In this document: positions 29,435-45,545 of the stretch, piece after piece
Layout: every line of letters starts with the position of its first letter
Position numbering within the stretch: the first letter of the stretch is position 1
Origin: Nitrosopumilaceae archaeon
GTDB lineage: Archaea; Thermoproteota; Nitrososphaeria; Nitrososphaerales; Nitrosopumilaceae
Length of the DNA: 64,000 bases
Direction of reading: 5' to 3'
Assembly: GCA_965207375.1 (NCBI GenBank)
Contig: CBDBMG010000003.1
Coordinates: forward strand, 448,001-512,000
Notes under the pieces: model-generated
The model's database searches: none
What the model was told of the DNA's origin: nothing
What the model saw: the letters and a program-made list of their open reading frames with translations, nothing else
Made by a program: the position numbers and the translations under genes

Positions 29435-30167
29435 AACTAGTTGACGAATTACCATCGAAAAACCAGGCGCTGTGTGCATTTTGTATAACTTGTATTGTTT
29501 TGGTGTGTGTTGTTTTGTTTTAATTTGTTGTATTCTTTGTGTAAGTTAAACCACTGTTAATCTACTGTTATTCAATGTACTGTAATAATTCTTAATGACG
29601 TCATCAGCAAGTCACGTGAGCAAAGACTCATCACTAAGGAACACATAGCAACGGATGCGAATTTAGTTCTTCTGTTTAAACCCGCTTTGTACTCCAGTAC
29701 TTTAGAGATAGAATTTTTTGAAAGCAGTATAAAGTTGTTTTATGCCGAAATTCTTACTGCAACACTGTAGGCCAGTCTTCTTTTATAAGCTCCGCAACCC
29801 GCACGGCATGCCCACTTATAAAACTAATGCACTCTGTCTTGTTAGTAATGTACAACTGGTTAAACGGCTTTTACCGTGTAATGAACGGCAAATACAGCGT
29901 TACCTTGCTCTTCTTTGGCAGTAACTCACGACGCGCTTCGTTACTAAGGCCCCGCCCATCAACAGTATCGATAGCAAGTGCCGTATAAAGAAGTGGAAAG
30001 GCAGCAGAACTTGTTTAACCAATCACACAGGGTCCATATCACGCCACTAGTTATTCATGGCCTCGGGGGCGGACACACACACACACACAAACACACATAT
30101 ACATCCGCACTAAAGTGATTTTAAGAAATCAGGCGCGCGCTGCGGCCGGCGCACCCCTGGTTTAAAA
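29435..30167. mobile_element. Helentron/HINE-like non-autonomous element
   Basis: Homologous to 8673-9316. Confidence 0.6.
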
Positions 30168-30701
30168 ACAGTAGTTTTGCTGTTAGCTAGTGCTGACATA
30201 CGTATGGTTGTAATATTTATCGATTTTTTGTATATGTATTAGTTAAATTGGCAATCTTCATGTGTACATTTGTACAATTGTATAATGTATACAGCCGGCA
30301 CAGAGAATAAATTACTGGTATCTATGATACGGTTATAATAGTATATTCATAAATGTGTTAACAAAGATAATTGTCAACTTTTGAACAAGCCGCTTCGTAG
30401 CCGCATTGTGAGCTCCTGCTGCCCCAACCACGTGCACATCCATGCATGGAAGCCAGTGCTACAAAGCTCCACGTAGCGACAACAAACTGAACCTGCCCCA
30501 GCCCTGTCGTGGAATCTGGCGACGATATTATAAATCAAACGAGCAGTAAAACTCCACCGACTGTTTCACCGCTAGAATAACCTTTGCTGCCATGACAAAG
30601 ATGCACACTGTAATCTAGAAAGTGCACGTGCAGTGCAAATGACTTGGGGCCTACGCATGACATACGACACTATAAACACTTTTCTGCGATAAACAAGAAA
30701 A

Positions 30702-32367
<1,666 letters not shown>

Positions 32368-33007
32368 TTTACTCACAGCTACATTTAGTAAACTTATTAA
32401 GAGTGGGTAGAACTTCAAATGTTGATAATGTAGGGTGATCGCCAGTGTTGCCCATATAAGATATTTGATTGTGGGTTTAAGTTTTACATCATTTTTGTAG
32501 CACCAAATGCTGAAATTTGGAAGTTTATATTTTGTTCTCTCTAAATTGCCTCTCAAATTTCACTAAAAGCTTATAATCACCAGATCTAACAAAGTATGTA
32601 TAGCTCACATCAACCTTCTCCTTCTCTAATATCACCGTCAAGCCAAATTCAACTAATCTTTTATGTCACAAAACTACAATAGCATCAACTAAAGCCATGC
32701 TCCATGAAGTTGAAGTACTCAAGAGTCACAGTGTACAAACTCACATGATCACCTATTTTATGTGATAATTCATAATTGTGCTCATATGCACACAATTTAT
32801 TAATTTCAGTCACAGCTAGACAGTAACTTAATCTTTTCCTTGACAATATAATATTGTATAATTTCCTACAAAGTTTGACCACACTAGAATATTGTATTCA
32901 TGCATGTACACATGCACACAAACATACTATCAAACACACCCTCGTTACAGCGTACACATACAAATAAAAACTAATCATCAAATTTTTTGGCAGAGTGTTT
33001 TTGATTA

Positions 33008-33458
33008 CCGTAAACAACGAAAGTTTGGAGGGACCAAAGTTTGGCGAATTTGACGAATTGTGATATTTTGCCAAACTTTATTTGTCAACATATACGTAGC
33101 TAACATTATAGACTACCAGTATATGGCCTGATTCACGTTCCGCTACACCTACGTCTATTAAATCACTACACGTGGCAGGTATTTTAACTTGGCCAAGCCC
33201 ACTGATGATCACTTGCCGGGACTCTCAGTAGTAAATTGCCTTCTTCAGCCATTGCTTCAGCCAATTCAGAGGTTTGTTCTGTGATCAATAGCGACTGCCA
33301 TCCGCCATTTTCCAACACATGTATATACTCACTGTTTGGCACCGCGCTGCCTCGTGCGGCTTTTAAACTATTGATCATGTGGAGAAATTCGCCAAACTTT
33401 CTTCCGCCAAATTGATTTCTTTGCTGTTTCAGTCCCTCCAAAGTTTCGTCATTTACGG
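33008..33458. mobile_element. TA-flanked MITE (CCGTA ends)
   Basis: TA|CCGTAAACAACGAAAGTTTGGAGGGAC ... GTCCCTCCAAAGTTTCGTCATTTACGG|TA. Confidence 0.8.
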
Positions 33459-33530
33459 TATAAAGATGTTCAAATTTTACCATTTGGTTATTGATAGACC
33501 CTGTCATGCATAATGACATACTCTACACAG

Positions 33531-33728
33531 TAAGCAGTTGATATTCTCTTGGTCTCTTCACTGAGTTTAGTGCCGACAGTGTTGAATGATGTGCAGGTCA
33601 TGAAGCTCGGCATACATCTCCTCTCCAGGTGTCAGCTGAAGAGAGAGGTCCAGGAGTCGGGGCTGACCTGATGTGACCTTCGGGATAAACATTATCACTA
33701 AATTTATTTCAAGGCAGCTTAACCGATG
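33531..33728 (-). pseudogene. VPS33A: VPS33A exon fragment
   Basis: Copy of the same exon. Confidence 0.7.
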
Positions 33729-33888
33729 CTATATTACACACTAATATTAGCAAATAATAGCAGAGTATTAAGAAGAATAGAATTGTACATACGTACAAAA
33801 TATTTTAAAACAACTTGGCACTCTTATTAAGAATAGTGAGTGAAATATTAGTCATCAATCAACTAAAACTATTGCTATTTTACCACTT

Positions 33889-34800
33889 TTCATTAAGTAC
33901 GGTAGTACTTAATAGTAGGGATTGACATGAAAAAACATGGCATTTCACTTTTACGCGCATGCATAATACTATTGTTTACTCACAAGCGGTAGTAAGTGGC
34001 TTTGCTTATAATCACCTTATATATCAATCGATTAGGATGGTTATCTAGATTGGTTATCATTAAATTACAGTTCATTTATAGCCACGTAAAGCATTTTTTA
34101 GATTTTAAAGTTACATAATGATCCTGTGGTATGTGGTATGCTAAACTTACGTTATTCCTTAAGTTATAAGGAACAATTTAGTATATAGTTTTATGGGTGA
34201 TGTTTTACAGGTGCTTGGTAACAAGAACGTTAACATAATAAAATATCTGTATTATAACCAAATATATTTGAAAAACATCGAAAACTATTTGTCTAAGTTA
34301 TATATTGGCAAGTATTCTGAAGTTAAGGATGTAATATAGTACATGCAAAACACTGCGCCTGTTAGTATTAATGGCAAATACATTACTATGTGTGCAAGTG
34401 GCTGTTTTGTGACGTAATAAGTTGAAAGCGCAACACCTCGATTAACACTTTCTTTCGTGATTTTCTCACATTGTTTAATGGATACAGAAAGAAAAGAAAG
34501 ATAGTGAAGGATGAAAAGAAACTCCATGGCGCAGTTGATAAATCTTCATCGAAACAACAGTTTCGTAAATCAGATGCGATTACCTTTGTTGTGTGAAAAA
34601 TTTGGAGCCATACTCCTAGTGCTAATGGGTCTTATGGCAGGAAGGTAGGCCGGCAGTCAGATGAAATACTGGTAGATTTCAAATTTTTTAATATTCTCTA
34701 CAGATCGCATCGTTAGGATTTTCATGGCGTTAACAAAGGTACCAATGCATTTTAGTCGGCTTTATCGGGTAAAGTATATTGTGAGGCGTGTTATGAACAC
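33889..34800. mobile_element. Divergent or rearranged relative of fold-back family 1
   Basis: Starts with CATTAAGTACGGTAGTACTTAATAGTAGGGA; the body is homologous in inverted orientation. Confidence 0.55.
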
Positions 34801-34946
34801 ATGGCCAGACACGCCATTGCCCAGAAAATCACCACACAGCCACTGTAACTCACGATATCCACTGTATCATCTTTCTTGATTAACATAAACAATAACTGAA
34901 GTTGAATAAAACTTTAACTAGATTCTGCATGCAACAATCCATAAAG

Positions 34947-35395
34947 TAGGCCTGGGCAATTAATCAACTTAAACATGAATATTGGAAATAATCACGATGT
35001 CCATTATTTACGTACATAGTTTATAAAGACAAGGGCACCAGACTCTAGGTTATATGAGTCAATATGAAGCAAAACATACTTGTCTGCTATTTTAACATCA
35101 TGATTGTTGTCATCAAAACATCACAATTTTTGATTATATCCAACATATACAAATAACCAGAAAACACAGCAAAACAGAAAGTTTTTATGCCTCTTTTAGT
35201 ATATTATGCATCTTTATTTTGGCTTGTAACTATTTAGACATTGTATTTTTGAGGTTAAATCTATTTTCTGGTGTCTTTTTCTGTATAAAAATTATGTGAA
35301 TAATGGACATCATGATTATTGTCAGCATTATTGTCATCACGATTATTTCTCAATAATCACGATTATCGATTAAATCGATTAATTCCCCAGGCCTA
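34947..35395. mobile_element. hAT-like MITE
   Basis: TAGGCCTGGGCAATTAATC / GATTAATTCCCCAGGCCTA. Confidence 0.7.
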
Positions 35396-35805
35396 GTCTT
35401 AATGGTCACAAGCCAAAACGAGGCAAATATAAACTTGATTTTGACTATTACTTATTTTGTCATAAATCGGATACAATCGAAAATCGTGATGTTTTTATGA
35501 CACTAATCGTGATGTCACAATTCATACGATTTCTCAGGCCTACTGCGAAGGTGTTGCTTTTTCCAGTAAATAACCTCATAGGTGCGTGTACTCTTTAGGA
35601 TAGCCGCTATAAAATGAATAATGAAAGTTTCAAATGATCGATCCATGCCGTGGTTACTTATTCCACGTTCTGATCGTTAACAAGTTGTGAACAAGAAACT
35701 TTAATATTTACCATCTGTATAATAACTCCCAACATACAAACACAGACACAAGAGTATTGATCAGATTAAATCTGGTACATGCAATAGATGGTACCCATTT
35801 TATAT

Positions 35806-35914
35806 TTGAGGCCTTCCAAAAATTATAATATAAAATTTGAACAGCCTTAATTAAAGCAACTCAAGATTTAAATGCTCTTTTATACCTATACATACAAGAT
35901 TTGATTATGGGTTT
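35806..35914 (-). ncRNA. Variable-segment mini-gene, subfamily D
   Basis: Minus: AAACCCATAATCAAAT..TATAAAAAGAGCATTTAAATCTTGA-[37 nt, 35824-35860]-ATTTTTGGAAGGCCTCAAA; the hairpin 3' arm is lost. Confidence 0.5.
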
Positions 35915-37735
35915 GTTTATTACACAACATTTCTTTAGCCATTGCAAACCATTTGACTACTGATATCCAATAACTCAAAACTGAGACAGTTTCTACTTCA
36001 TTGCACATACACACCTTATATGAATTCTAAATATTGCAAAACTTGTCATGATAAGTGCCAATTATTACGATATTGCGTATGTAAGCTCCCACTGCACAAC
36101 CAACTAATTCTCATGATGAGCACGTCACACGACAGGTACTCTATAAATGCATCGATCGAAATGTGCCATACCTACTTTCATAACCAACAGCTCACACTTT
36201 TGTTAATAATATATAACCACTAAAAACAGTTAAATTAATACCCGATACAACATACATTACCTTAGTCTGTTTAAAAAGATCATTACGATTGGCTTTGTTT
36301 ATAAAGACATGTCCACCATTAGTATCATTAAAAACTTACTTAATGCACTATATATCATGCACTAATCAGTAAAATCACCTAAGGCACTTGTTACAAGAGA
36401 CTTGTAACTGTACTCTTGTGTGTGCATGCAATAAACACGCAAGTCATACTGAGAGACACGGAGAAAAAATGTAAATTTCACCATACAAGTGTCAAGATTG
36501 AGTTGATCTGTACCGTAATTGATAACTTGAAACCATCCAAGGAAATTCCTAAGATAACAAAGCTGCTCATTTTACAAGATAGTTACGTATATCCTAGTGA
36601 AGCCATACATCAAAGAAACAAAGTGTGCTGTATAGTTATAGTTGCCTTCTTATAAAAACCATTTCAGGCATATGGCTACTTTAAGATGATAAAGTAACTA
36701 CACACATTACACAAACATATCCAGAGGTATGCAATTGGCATAACTACGTAAATAACTCATGATGTGATAGCAGCTGCGTGAGTGACTGTTGTTCACTATA
36801 CATGATATATGACTGTATCAAAGATACCAGTAGTTTATTCTCTGTGCCGGCTCTATACATTATACAACTGTACAAATGTACACATGAAATTACCAATGAA
36901 AATTTAAAATTATTGAAATTCTGCGCTAATAATACCCATCCTAAGGTAATTGCTTCTAAGCTGGTTTGGCCAATCTGTTAATTTAGCCAATAATTTTAAC
37001 CCCTCCAATTAGTGATTGGAGGTATTTCAATTATTCAATATGGGTAAGGTATAAGCTCATACAGAACATCATTTTATATACATAATGCATTCCATTATTG
37101 TAATGTAAAAATCATACTATTATGTAGTGTAGGAATTATAATAATATGGGTGTACAAATAATAAATGCATACAAAGACGTTAAGCAGACTACTAGCATAA
37201 AACTGGTTGTGTGTAGTCATGTTAATGTCACGACCTGATTTAAAACTCATGACCGACTTTAAAAGTGGTTAATCAGGTTCATAACGGGTTGACCAATTTT
37301 GAAATGGTATAACTATATTATTAGAGTATCCTTTTAAAGGGATAGCTATAGGTATTGTACAGTAGTAACTAGTCTTGCATGGCCACACCCTCTTCTTTGC
37401 ATGTTGACTAGCATTAAATGCCCTGCCGGAAGATGTAAGGTAACAGGAAAGCTGACCAACTGATGGCTAGTGCTGGCTTGGTTGAACCATACAATACTTT
37501 TCATTAGACAAATCAAACGCTGACTATCATATCACACCGATTTCATCAGTTACAAAATTAATTCACCAATATTAAACTGGATCAACAGAAATAACTAGGC
37601 CAATAACTACTGACCCACTTTAAAACAAATAGGTGGCCAGTTTTAAATTGGGCTATAACAAAAATATAACAATGTAGCATTTACTATACTGTGCAATGAA
37701 CTGATTACCATAGTAAACATTGTTTTGATCATTGT

Positions 37736-37854
37736 GGGTCTCTTTTGGGCCTTCCAAAAATTAAATGCATTTAGTGCACACACTGACTATAGTGTTTGTC
37801 AAGGCTTAGCCTCTTCTTTTATATCTCTACATGTGACATTTAATTGTGGGTTTT
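37736..37854 (-). ncRNA. Variable-segment mini-gene, subfamily A
   Basis: Variable segment 37762-37798 (37 nt); TATA at 37817-37823. Confidence 0.55.
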
Positions 37855-38602
37855 GATTTTTACAATGTTTTACTCACAGCTACATTTAGTAAACTTATTA
37901 AGACTGCATAGAACTTCAAATGTTGATAATGTTGGGTGATGATCAGTGTTGTCTACATAAGATATTTGATTGTGGGTTTAAATTTTAAGTCATTTTTGTA
38001 GTCCCAAGTGATGAACTTTGGAAAATTCATATTTTGTTCCCTCCAAATTGCCTCTCAAATTTCACTAAAAGTTTATAATCACCAGATCTAATAAAGTATA
38101 GCTCACATCAACCTTTTCCTTCTCTGATATCACCGTCAATCCAAATTTACTACATCCAACTAATCTTTTATGTCACAAAACTTCCATTACTACAATAGCA
38201 TCAACTTTAAAGCCATGCTCCATGAAGTTGAAGTACTCAAGAGTAACAGTGTACAAACTCACATGATCACCTATTTTATGTGATAATTCAGAAGTGTGCT
38301 CATATGCACACAATTTATTAATTTCAGTCACAGCTAGACAGCAACTTAATCTTTTCCTCGACAATATAATATTGTATAATTTCCTACAAAGTTTGACCAC
38401 ACTAGAATATTGTATTCATGCATGTACACATGTACACAAACATACTGTCAAACACACCCTCGTTACGAAACACACATACAAATAAAAACTAATTGTCAAA
38501 TTTTTTGACAATGTGTATTTGATTATCAAGATGTTCAAATTTTACCATTTGGTTAATGACAGACCCTGTCATACATAATGACATACTCTACACAGTACAC
38601 AC

Positions 38603-39230
38603 CTCATAAGCAGTTGATATTCTCTTGGTCTCTTCACTGAGTTTAGTGCCGAAAGTGATGAATGATGTGTAAGTCATGAAGCTCAGCATACATCTCCTCC
38701 CCAGGTGTCAGCTGAAGAGAGAGGTCCAGGAGTCGGGGCTGGCCTGATGTGACCTTCGGGATAAACAATATCACTTAATTTATTTCAAGGCAGCTTAACC
38801 AATACTATATTACACACTAACATTAGCAAATAATAGCAGAGTATAAAGAAAATATTAGAATTGTACATATGTACATAATACTTTTAAAAAACTTGGCACT
38901 CATTATTAAGAGCAGTGAGAGTAATATTAGTCATCAATCAACTAATACTATTGCTATTTTACCACTCCTTGTATTTATAGCAATATTTGTACTATTTGAT
39001 TTGACAACTAAAATTATCAAATATACTGTTCATTTGAGTCTTAGTATATAATCTCTTCATTGTACAATTCTTAATATTGTAGATCTCATCAATGACACCT
39101 TCAGTTGAGTACTGAGTGGTGTTATGAGGTCAATAATTATTACGATCGATCAAAATCAACGTGCTGATCTATGGCATGATTTCTGGCTGGTTGTGACCTT
39201 CCTCTTACCCATGATCATGTCTATAAGAAG
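38603..39230 (-). pseudogene. VPS33A: VPS33A two-exon fragment
   Basis: Exons 39066-39230 and 38603-38804 have the same motifs and shared lesions as the other copies. Confidence 0.8.
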
Positions 39231-39319
39231 CATTGAACAAGATACTTGTGTTTACCATGATTTATGTATCTATTCTTCTAGCGTATGTAGCTATATGTAT
39301 AACAATTCCCAACACTCAT

Positions 39320-39499
<180 letters not shown>

Positions 39500-39542
39500 T
39501 ACAACAGAGTGGTACGTACATATATGCTGAATACATTATAGG

Positions 39543-39999
39543 CAGAGTTGGGGTCATTACTTTTAAAAAGTAACTAGTTACAAGTTACAAGTTACTTTCA
39601 GGAAATGCAACTTGTTACCGTTACTTACTCTCTCAAAAAAGTAACTAGTAATATATTACTAGTTACATTTTACATTAAAATTCACTTGTTTTGTAGTAAA
39701 AATCATGTTTAGCAATCAATTCTCTGATATTAAGTAGTTAAAATATGTCTGTGTAACACTATTCATGATTGCTAACACAATTTTTAAAGGAGTTTTATTG
39801 AAATTACTATCAGTGAACGGACTTTCACAGGAAAATACGGAAAGTAATATAACTAATTACGTATGAAACTTTGCAAAAGTAATATTATTACTAGTTACAC
39901 ATTACTTTTGAGAAATGTAACTTGTTAAGTTACTTAGTTACTTTAAAAGTAATATATTACGTAACTTAGTTACAAAGTAACTAGTTACCCCCAACTCTG
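39543..39999. mobile_element. hAT MITE with 8-bp TSD
   Basis: CAGAGTTGGGG...CCCCAACTCTG flanked by ATTATAGG on both sides. Confidence 0.9.
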
Positions 40000-40003
40000 A
40001 TTA

Positions 40004-40071
40004 TAGGCCCCTCGAGACCTTCCCAAAAATTTTAATTCATAAAATGCGTATGTTTTAGGTTTTCCTTTTAT
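40004..40071 (-). ncRNA. Variable-segment mini-gene, subfamily C, shortened
   Basis: TATA, T5 and hairpin AGGTCT-CGAG-GGGCCT are retained. Confidence 0.4.
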
Positions 40072-40547
40072 AAAAGTGACCATATTTGGGAAAATGTGCA
40101 TATGTAGTTCACACATCTGATTTTTCTCATTCAAAGATTCATAAAATCTGATAGGAACAGTACACAGATCTGTAATGATAGAGGAATGGTAGCCCCATAA
40201 ACCCTGCAAGTGTCAAGTCTATCCACGTATGCCAATATGTAACTTAGACAAATAGATTTTGCAATTGTATTTTGCTATAATACAGCTACTTTTCTATTGT
40301 TAACAAGCGCCTGTAAACAAGCATAATTAAGTAGGTTCCTTCAGTCATATTGTAGCATGTGATTCCATATTTGTGATCATATTTGCGAAAACATTTATAC
40401 GTAGTTCACACATCCAGTTTTTCAAATTTGAAGATTCATAAATCTATTAAGGATGAACCTCATTTCAGGCATATGGCAAGTTTAAGATGATAAAGTAACT
40501 ACACACATTACACAATATTAAGAGGTAGAGCTACATTTAGTAAACTT

Positions 40548-41556
40548 ATCATTAAGTATGGTAGTACTTAATAGTAGGGATTGGCGGGAAATCGTATGGT
40601 TTCCAGAAAAATTCGAGCTTTAAAAATTTACCTTGCAATAGACTTTACCCGAAAAACCGGCTGGAATGCATTGGTAAGGCTGAAATGATGCTGTACCTTG
40701 GTTAAACGAAGCAACAAGTTGAATATTTCGATCTACAGCCAACTTTGAAAATTTCGAAATTCACCTGTATTTCGTCTGCCAGCAAGCCAGCCATAAGACC
40801 GGGTTGCGCTAGGTGTAGGGCTCCAGAAATTTCACACGATAAAGGTAATGGCGGCGGATTTACGAAAATGTTGTTCCGAGGACGATTTACTCACTGCACC
40901 ATGGCGATTCCTTTTATCCTTCATTCCCTTCCTTGTTCCTCTATATTCCTTTAGCAAGGTGCGAATCTCACCAAAGGTGACAATAGCCTGTAACGGCTAC
41001 TACTTATTACATTACACAAAAGCCTGGCTTGTACGTGATATAATCAGTTTAATACAGTGGCACAATCGTGAAAGATTATAGCCTTGGACAAATAGCTTTT
41101 GTGTTTTTCGAGCATTATTTGCTATCACACTGCTATCACACAGCTGCTTTGTCATGTAAGTGTGTTGTTAACAAGCGCCTGTAAACAAGCATAATTATTA
41201 CGTAAGTGCCTGTAACATTTTGTGAACTTGCTGAAAGATTATCATGAATGCTTAGCATGTATAAAAAGCAAACAAACTAGAATGATAAAAAATTAAAAAT
41301 TCAAATGGTAAGTAGGGATTGAATTCAATAGTGCTACAAAAAGTAAGGAAACAAGGAATAAGATTTTGGGACGAGAGAACATTCTGGCATGAGATAATTT
41401 ATAAAAGTTAATCCCTACTTTGGCAAACCTACTACTGAAGTGAGCCAAAAGTAGGGATTAAACTAGGGATAAAGGTTGATTATTAAAGCACAAAATTTCC
41501 GGAAGCCATACGATTTCCCACCGATCCCTACTATTCAGCACACTGTACTTAATGAT
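40548..41556 (+). mobile_element. Fold-back element family 1, copy 3
   Basis: Homologous body; the hairpin is truncated after the loop and followed by an inverted copy of the element's left end. Confidence 0.8.
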
Positions 41557-42414
41557 AAAAATTACTTAAAATTTGGTTACACTACAAAATCACTAAAATT
41601 TGTCTGCACTAGTAATATCTATATAGTCTGTGGTAAGCTATTTTGGTAGGTAAGTTTTGACCAATCTGTTAATTTTGCCAATAATTTTAATCCCTCCAAT
41701 TAGTGATGGGAGGTATTTCAATTATTCAATATGGGTAAGGTATGAGTTCATACTGAACATCATTTTATATACGTAATGTATTCCATTATTGTAATGTAAA
41801 AATCATACTATTATGCAGTGTAGATTTTATATTAATATGGGTGTAAAAATACATACAAAGATTTTAAGCAGACTACTAGCATAAACTAGTTGTGTGCAGT
41901 CATGTAAATGTCATGACCTGATTGATGACCGACTTTAAAACTGGTTAATCAGTTTCATAACGGGTTGACCAATTTTGAAATGGTATAACTATATTATTAG
42001 AGTATCCTTTTAAAGGGATAGCTATAGGTATTGTACAGTAGTAACTAGTCTTGTGGGGCCACACCCTCTTCTTTGCATGTTGACTAGCATTAAACGCCCT
42101 GCCTAAAGATGTAAGGTAACAGGAAAGCTGACCAACTGACGGCTAGTGCAGGCTTGGCTGAACCATACAGTATTTTTCATCAGACAAATCAAAGCTGACT
42201 GTCCTATCACATTGATTTCATCAGTTACAAAATGAATTCACCAATATTAAACTGGATCAATGGTCAATAACTAATGACCCAATTTCACTTTAAAACAAAT
42301 ATTTAGCCAGTTTTAAAACCAGATGGCACTGTAACAAAAATATTACAATGGCGATAATTTACTATACCGTGGAATGAACTAATTACCATGGTAACAATTG
42401 TTTTGATCATTGTG

Positions 42415-42531
42415 GGCCCTTTTCAGGCCTTGCAAAAATTCAATATGTTTACAACCACCATGTATATGGCCATTTAGTCAAGGTTTATCCTCTTCTTTTA
42501 TATCTCAACGTGACATTTAATTGTGGGTTTT
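42415..42531 (-). ncRNA. Variable-segment mini-gene, subfamily A
   Basis: Variable segment 42440-42477 (38 nt); TATA at 42496-42502. Confidence 0.55.
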
Positions 42532-43491
42532 GATTTTACTCACAGCTACATTTAGTAAACTTATTAAGACTGCATAGAACCTCAAATATTGATAATGTAG
42601 GGTAATGATCAGTGTTGCCTATATAAGATATTTGATTGTGGGTTTAAGTTTTAAGATATGTACATCATTTTTGTAGTCCCAAGTGATAAACTTTAGAAAT
42701 TCATATTTTGTGTGATTGTGGGTTTAAGTTTTAAGATATGTACATCATTTTTGTAGTCCCAAGTGATTCCCTCCAAATTGCCTCTCAAATTTCACTAAAA
42801 GCTTATAATCACCAGATCTAATAAAGTACAGCTCACATCAACCTTTTCCTTCTCTGATATCACCGCCAAGCCAAACTTCGCTTTGCAAGACTCGACTCCA
42901 GGTTATTATTTCAAAATTATAAAACCCAGCAGCTAACCTGATGATTAATCAAGCACTACTCTCAGCATTTCCACTTATGTTGAGTAATCGGGTGCCTGGC
43001 AGGTGTTAGCCAATCCCGTGGCTAATCCACAGTAGCTGACATCACATATCACGCAAATTACTAATGGCTCAGATATTGCTAATGGATGATGAAATCGACT
43101 ACCGTACTTTTAGTAGTGATTTCAAGTGTAAGCATCTTAGTACTAAGAAACTTGTCTCTTCGTAACACCGGCATACCATTTTCTAATTGCAGTAACAAGT
43201 CACATAGTGCACCACCTTATGTTTGTGTGTTGATAGCTAGCTGGCACTAATTATTATTCAGTGAGCCTACCAGTTGTGTTGTTGATTTATGTGTTGATCA
43301 CGACACTGACATCCCTACCATTAGAAATTTACAGCTACATACTCCGGATTTGCGCCTAGTGCAGGATTGCCAGTTTGGGGGTCTAGAGACAAATTCTGCA
43401 CTTGGCTTAGCCCCGTGCTATATTGTCTCTTGTCCTGTATTTACCATACACACTTGCAGTGGTGCTTTAACTAATAGAGATGGCATGGTTA

Positions 43492-43611
43492 AGGCCCCTT
43501 GAGGTCTTCCAAAAATTTTAATTTAGCATGTTAACCAATGATACTTGTTAAGATCAAGGTTACTCCAGCTTTTCTTTTATAAACACACATGTTATATTTG
43601 ATTATGGGTTT
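43492..43611 (-). ncRNA. Variable-segment mini-gene, subfamily B (recent duplicate of 11602-11719)
   Basis: Variable segment 43517-43553 is identical to 11627-11663. Confidence 0.55.
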
Positions 43612-45545
43612 GAATATTTTAATTCACTTCACAATATAGCTAGCCATTGTAAACCATTCATCCATAACTTTCAGATAGCGCTATTGAGACAGTTTTTAAT
43701 TAACACATTATACATACACATTATACATACATCTCCACTTTAAACATATCAGTGTTGCTCATACGTATTAGAGATTTGATTGTGACTTCAAGTATTTAAA
43801 TTGTGGTACAAGGTGGCCTACTGTATTTTTGCGGACTGGACTCAGACAGGTGCAGAATATGGAATAACAAACTTTTCAGGATTTTTCATTTATTCTCTAA
43901 AAATTTTGGTTTGCAAATTGCAGTCTTCCATACTAGTAACCAAACTTATACACATGCACATAGCTGTTAAACACAAACCGAATTTAATTCCATCTCCATG
44001 GCTGTGACATCCACACACACACACACCACACACCCAGACTCCCTGCCTAAGAGGTCTACTGTTCAGTATCCCTCCCCTATCAATATCTGCCATGCATACA
44101 CAAAATGATACATTACACATCAGCTGCTATGTTGTATAAACTTATTACAAGATTTCCTCCCCAAAGCAATGAAAAACTCCGATCTTTAGTACAAAACAAG
44201 TGGTTTCTCTCCCATGCTTACACATTCAAAATATATAAGGACCGTATTCTTAACCATACAAAAAACTCACCTCTCACAACAAGGCCCACTGTTTATCCAT
44301 CTTGGCAATAAGCAATTTATAATCTTCCTTATTTACACAATCCCATGTGACTCTTGTATCAGATACGCGCACGCGCATACATTAGTCACATTTCCAGCGT
44401 TCTTACGAAGTCTCGCGCGCCAGACACTTAAAAAATAAAGCCACCACAAATAAAAACGAAAAAAAGCGATCTGGCTCGCGAGACTAGTCTTATACGCGCG
44501 ATAATAAATCTTGCTTAGCCCCACCTCCAACAAGTAAACTTTAGCCTTAGTAAGTTTCACTGCTAAACTTTCGAGGCCCGTGAACTTTTCAACGCTTATG
44601 CTATTTACACGTATTCACAGATAGCTACTGCAATATTCTGGTACTTTTTACAGTAGAAGGCTTTCCACCTGGTAATGACATAATCAGCGTAGATAATATA
44701 CTATCGATCATTAAAGAATCAAAATACTCTAATAAAGCAGTCACTTATCCTTATACCATGCCAATGACAAGACTTTTTTGCTAGAATCCATGCATGCCTC
44801 GATCCATGCAGAGCAAACTCGAGGTTTGTAACTTGGGTGCTCTACCAGGATAAATGACTGCTTTATTAGAGTATTTGGATTACAATTGTATAGATGCTCT
44901 ATCCCTCTACTTTTAACTCTATAGCCCCACCCTTCAGTCTCCACCTTCTGCAACTTACGCACAAAACTAACTACGCCAGACTTTCCGGGCAAACGTACGT
45001 ATGTCAATCAGATTATGAGCCACTCATCATCTCCAAAGGCCTCATTGCACAGAAGGATTCACCCAAACGCAGCTAATCTATGAGGTATGCTCAACCAGCA
45101 TGCCTAGCTATAAGGTGCAAACATCATATTTACAACACGGAGTCCAGTCCAGAATCCAGAATCCAGTCCAGAGTCCAGTCCAGGTTTTATCACTTCCCCC
45201 TGCTAATACTACTGAACGGTACCATCGACCGTGTCAGTCAGGAAATGTTGTTCAAGACGCAAATTAGACGGTGTGCTGCTGCTCATTTCCTTTGGGATCA
45301 AGTCACCGATTTTCTTCTATAGTCAGTGCCCGCGGATTGGTATAATATTCAAGGAAGAAATGAAAGCATCACGTGGGGAAAACACTGCTGCATCCATTAT
45401 AATCATTGGTTTTCAATTATCCAAACGAAATTAATCCAAGCAAAACCTAAAAGTTTGCCCAAAAATTCGCCCCCCCCCCCCCCCGGTATACTGTGCCTCA
45501 CGTGAAAAACTTCGTCTCGGTTCAAATTATTACCGTGGCTGAGCA

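Noticed and set aside
45135-45200. CCAGT-repeat terminus as the left end of the integrase element
   Set aside because: No matching inverted partner was found in the window, so it cannot be assigned.
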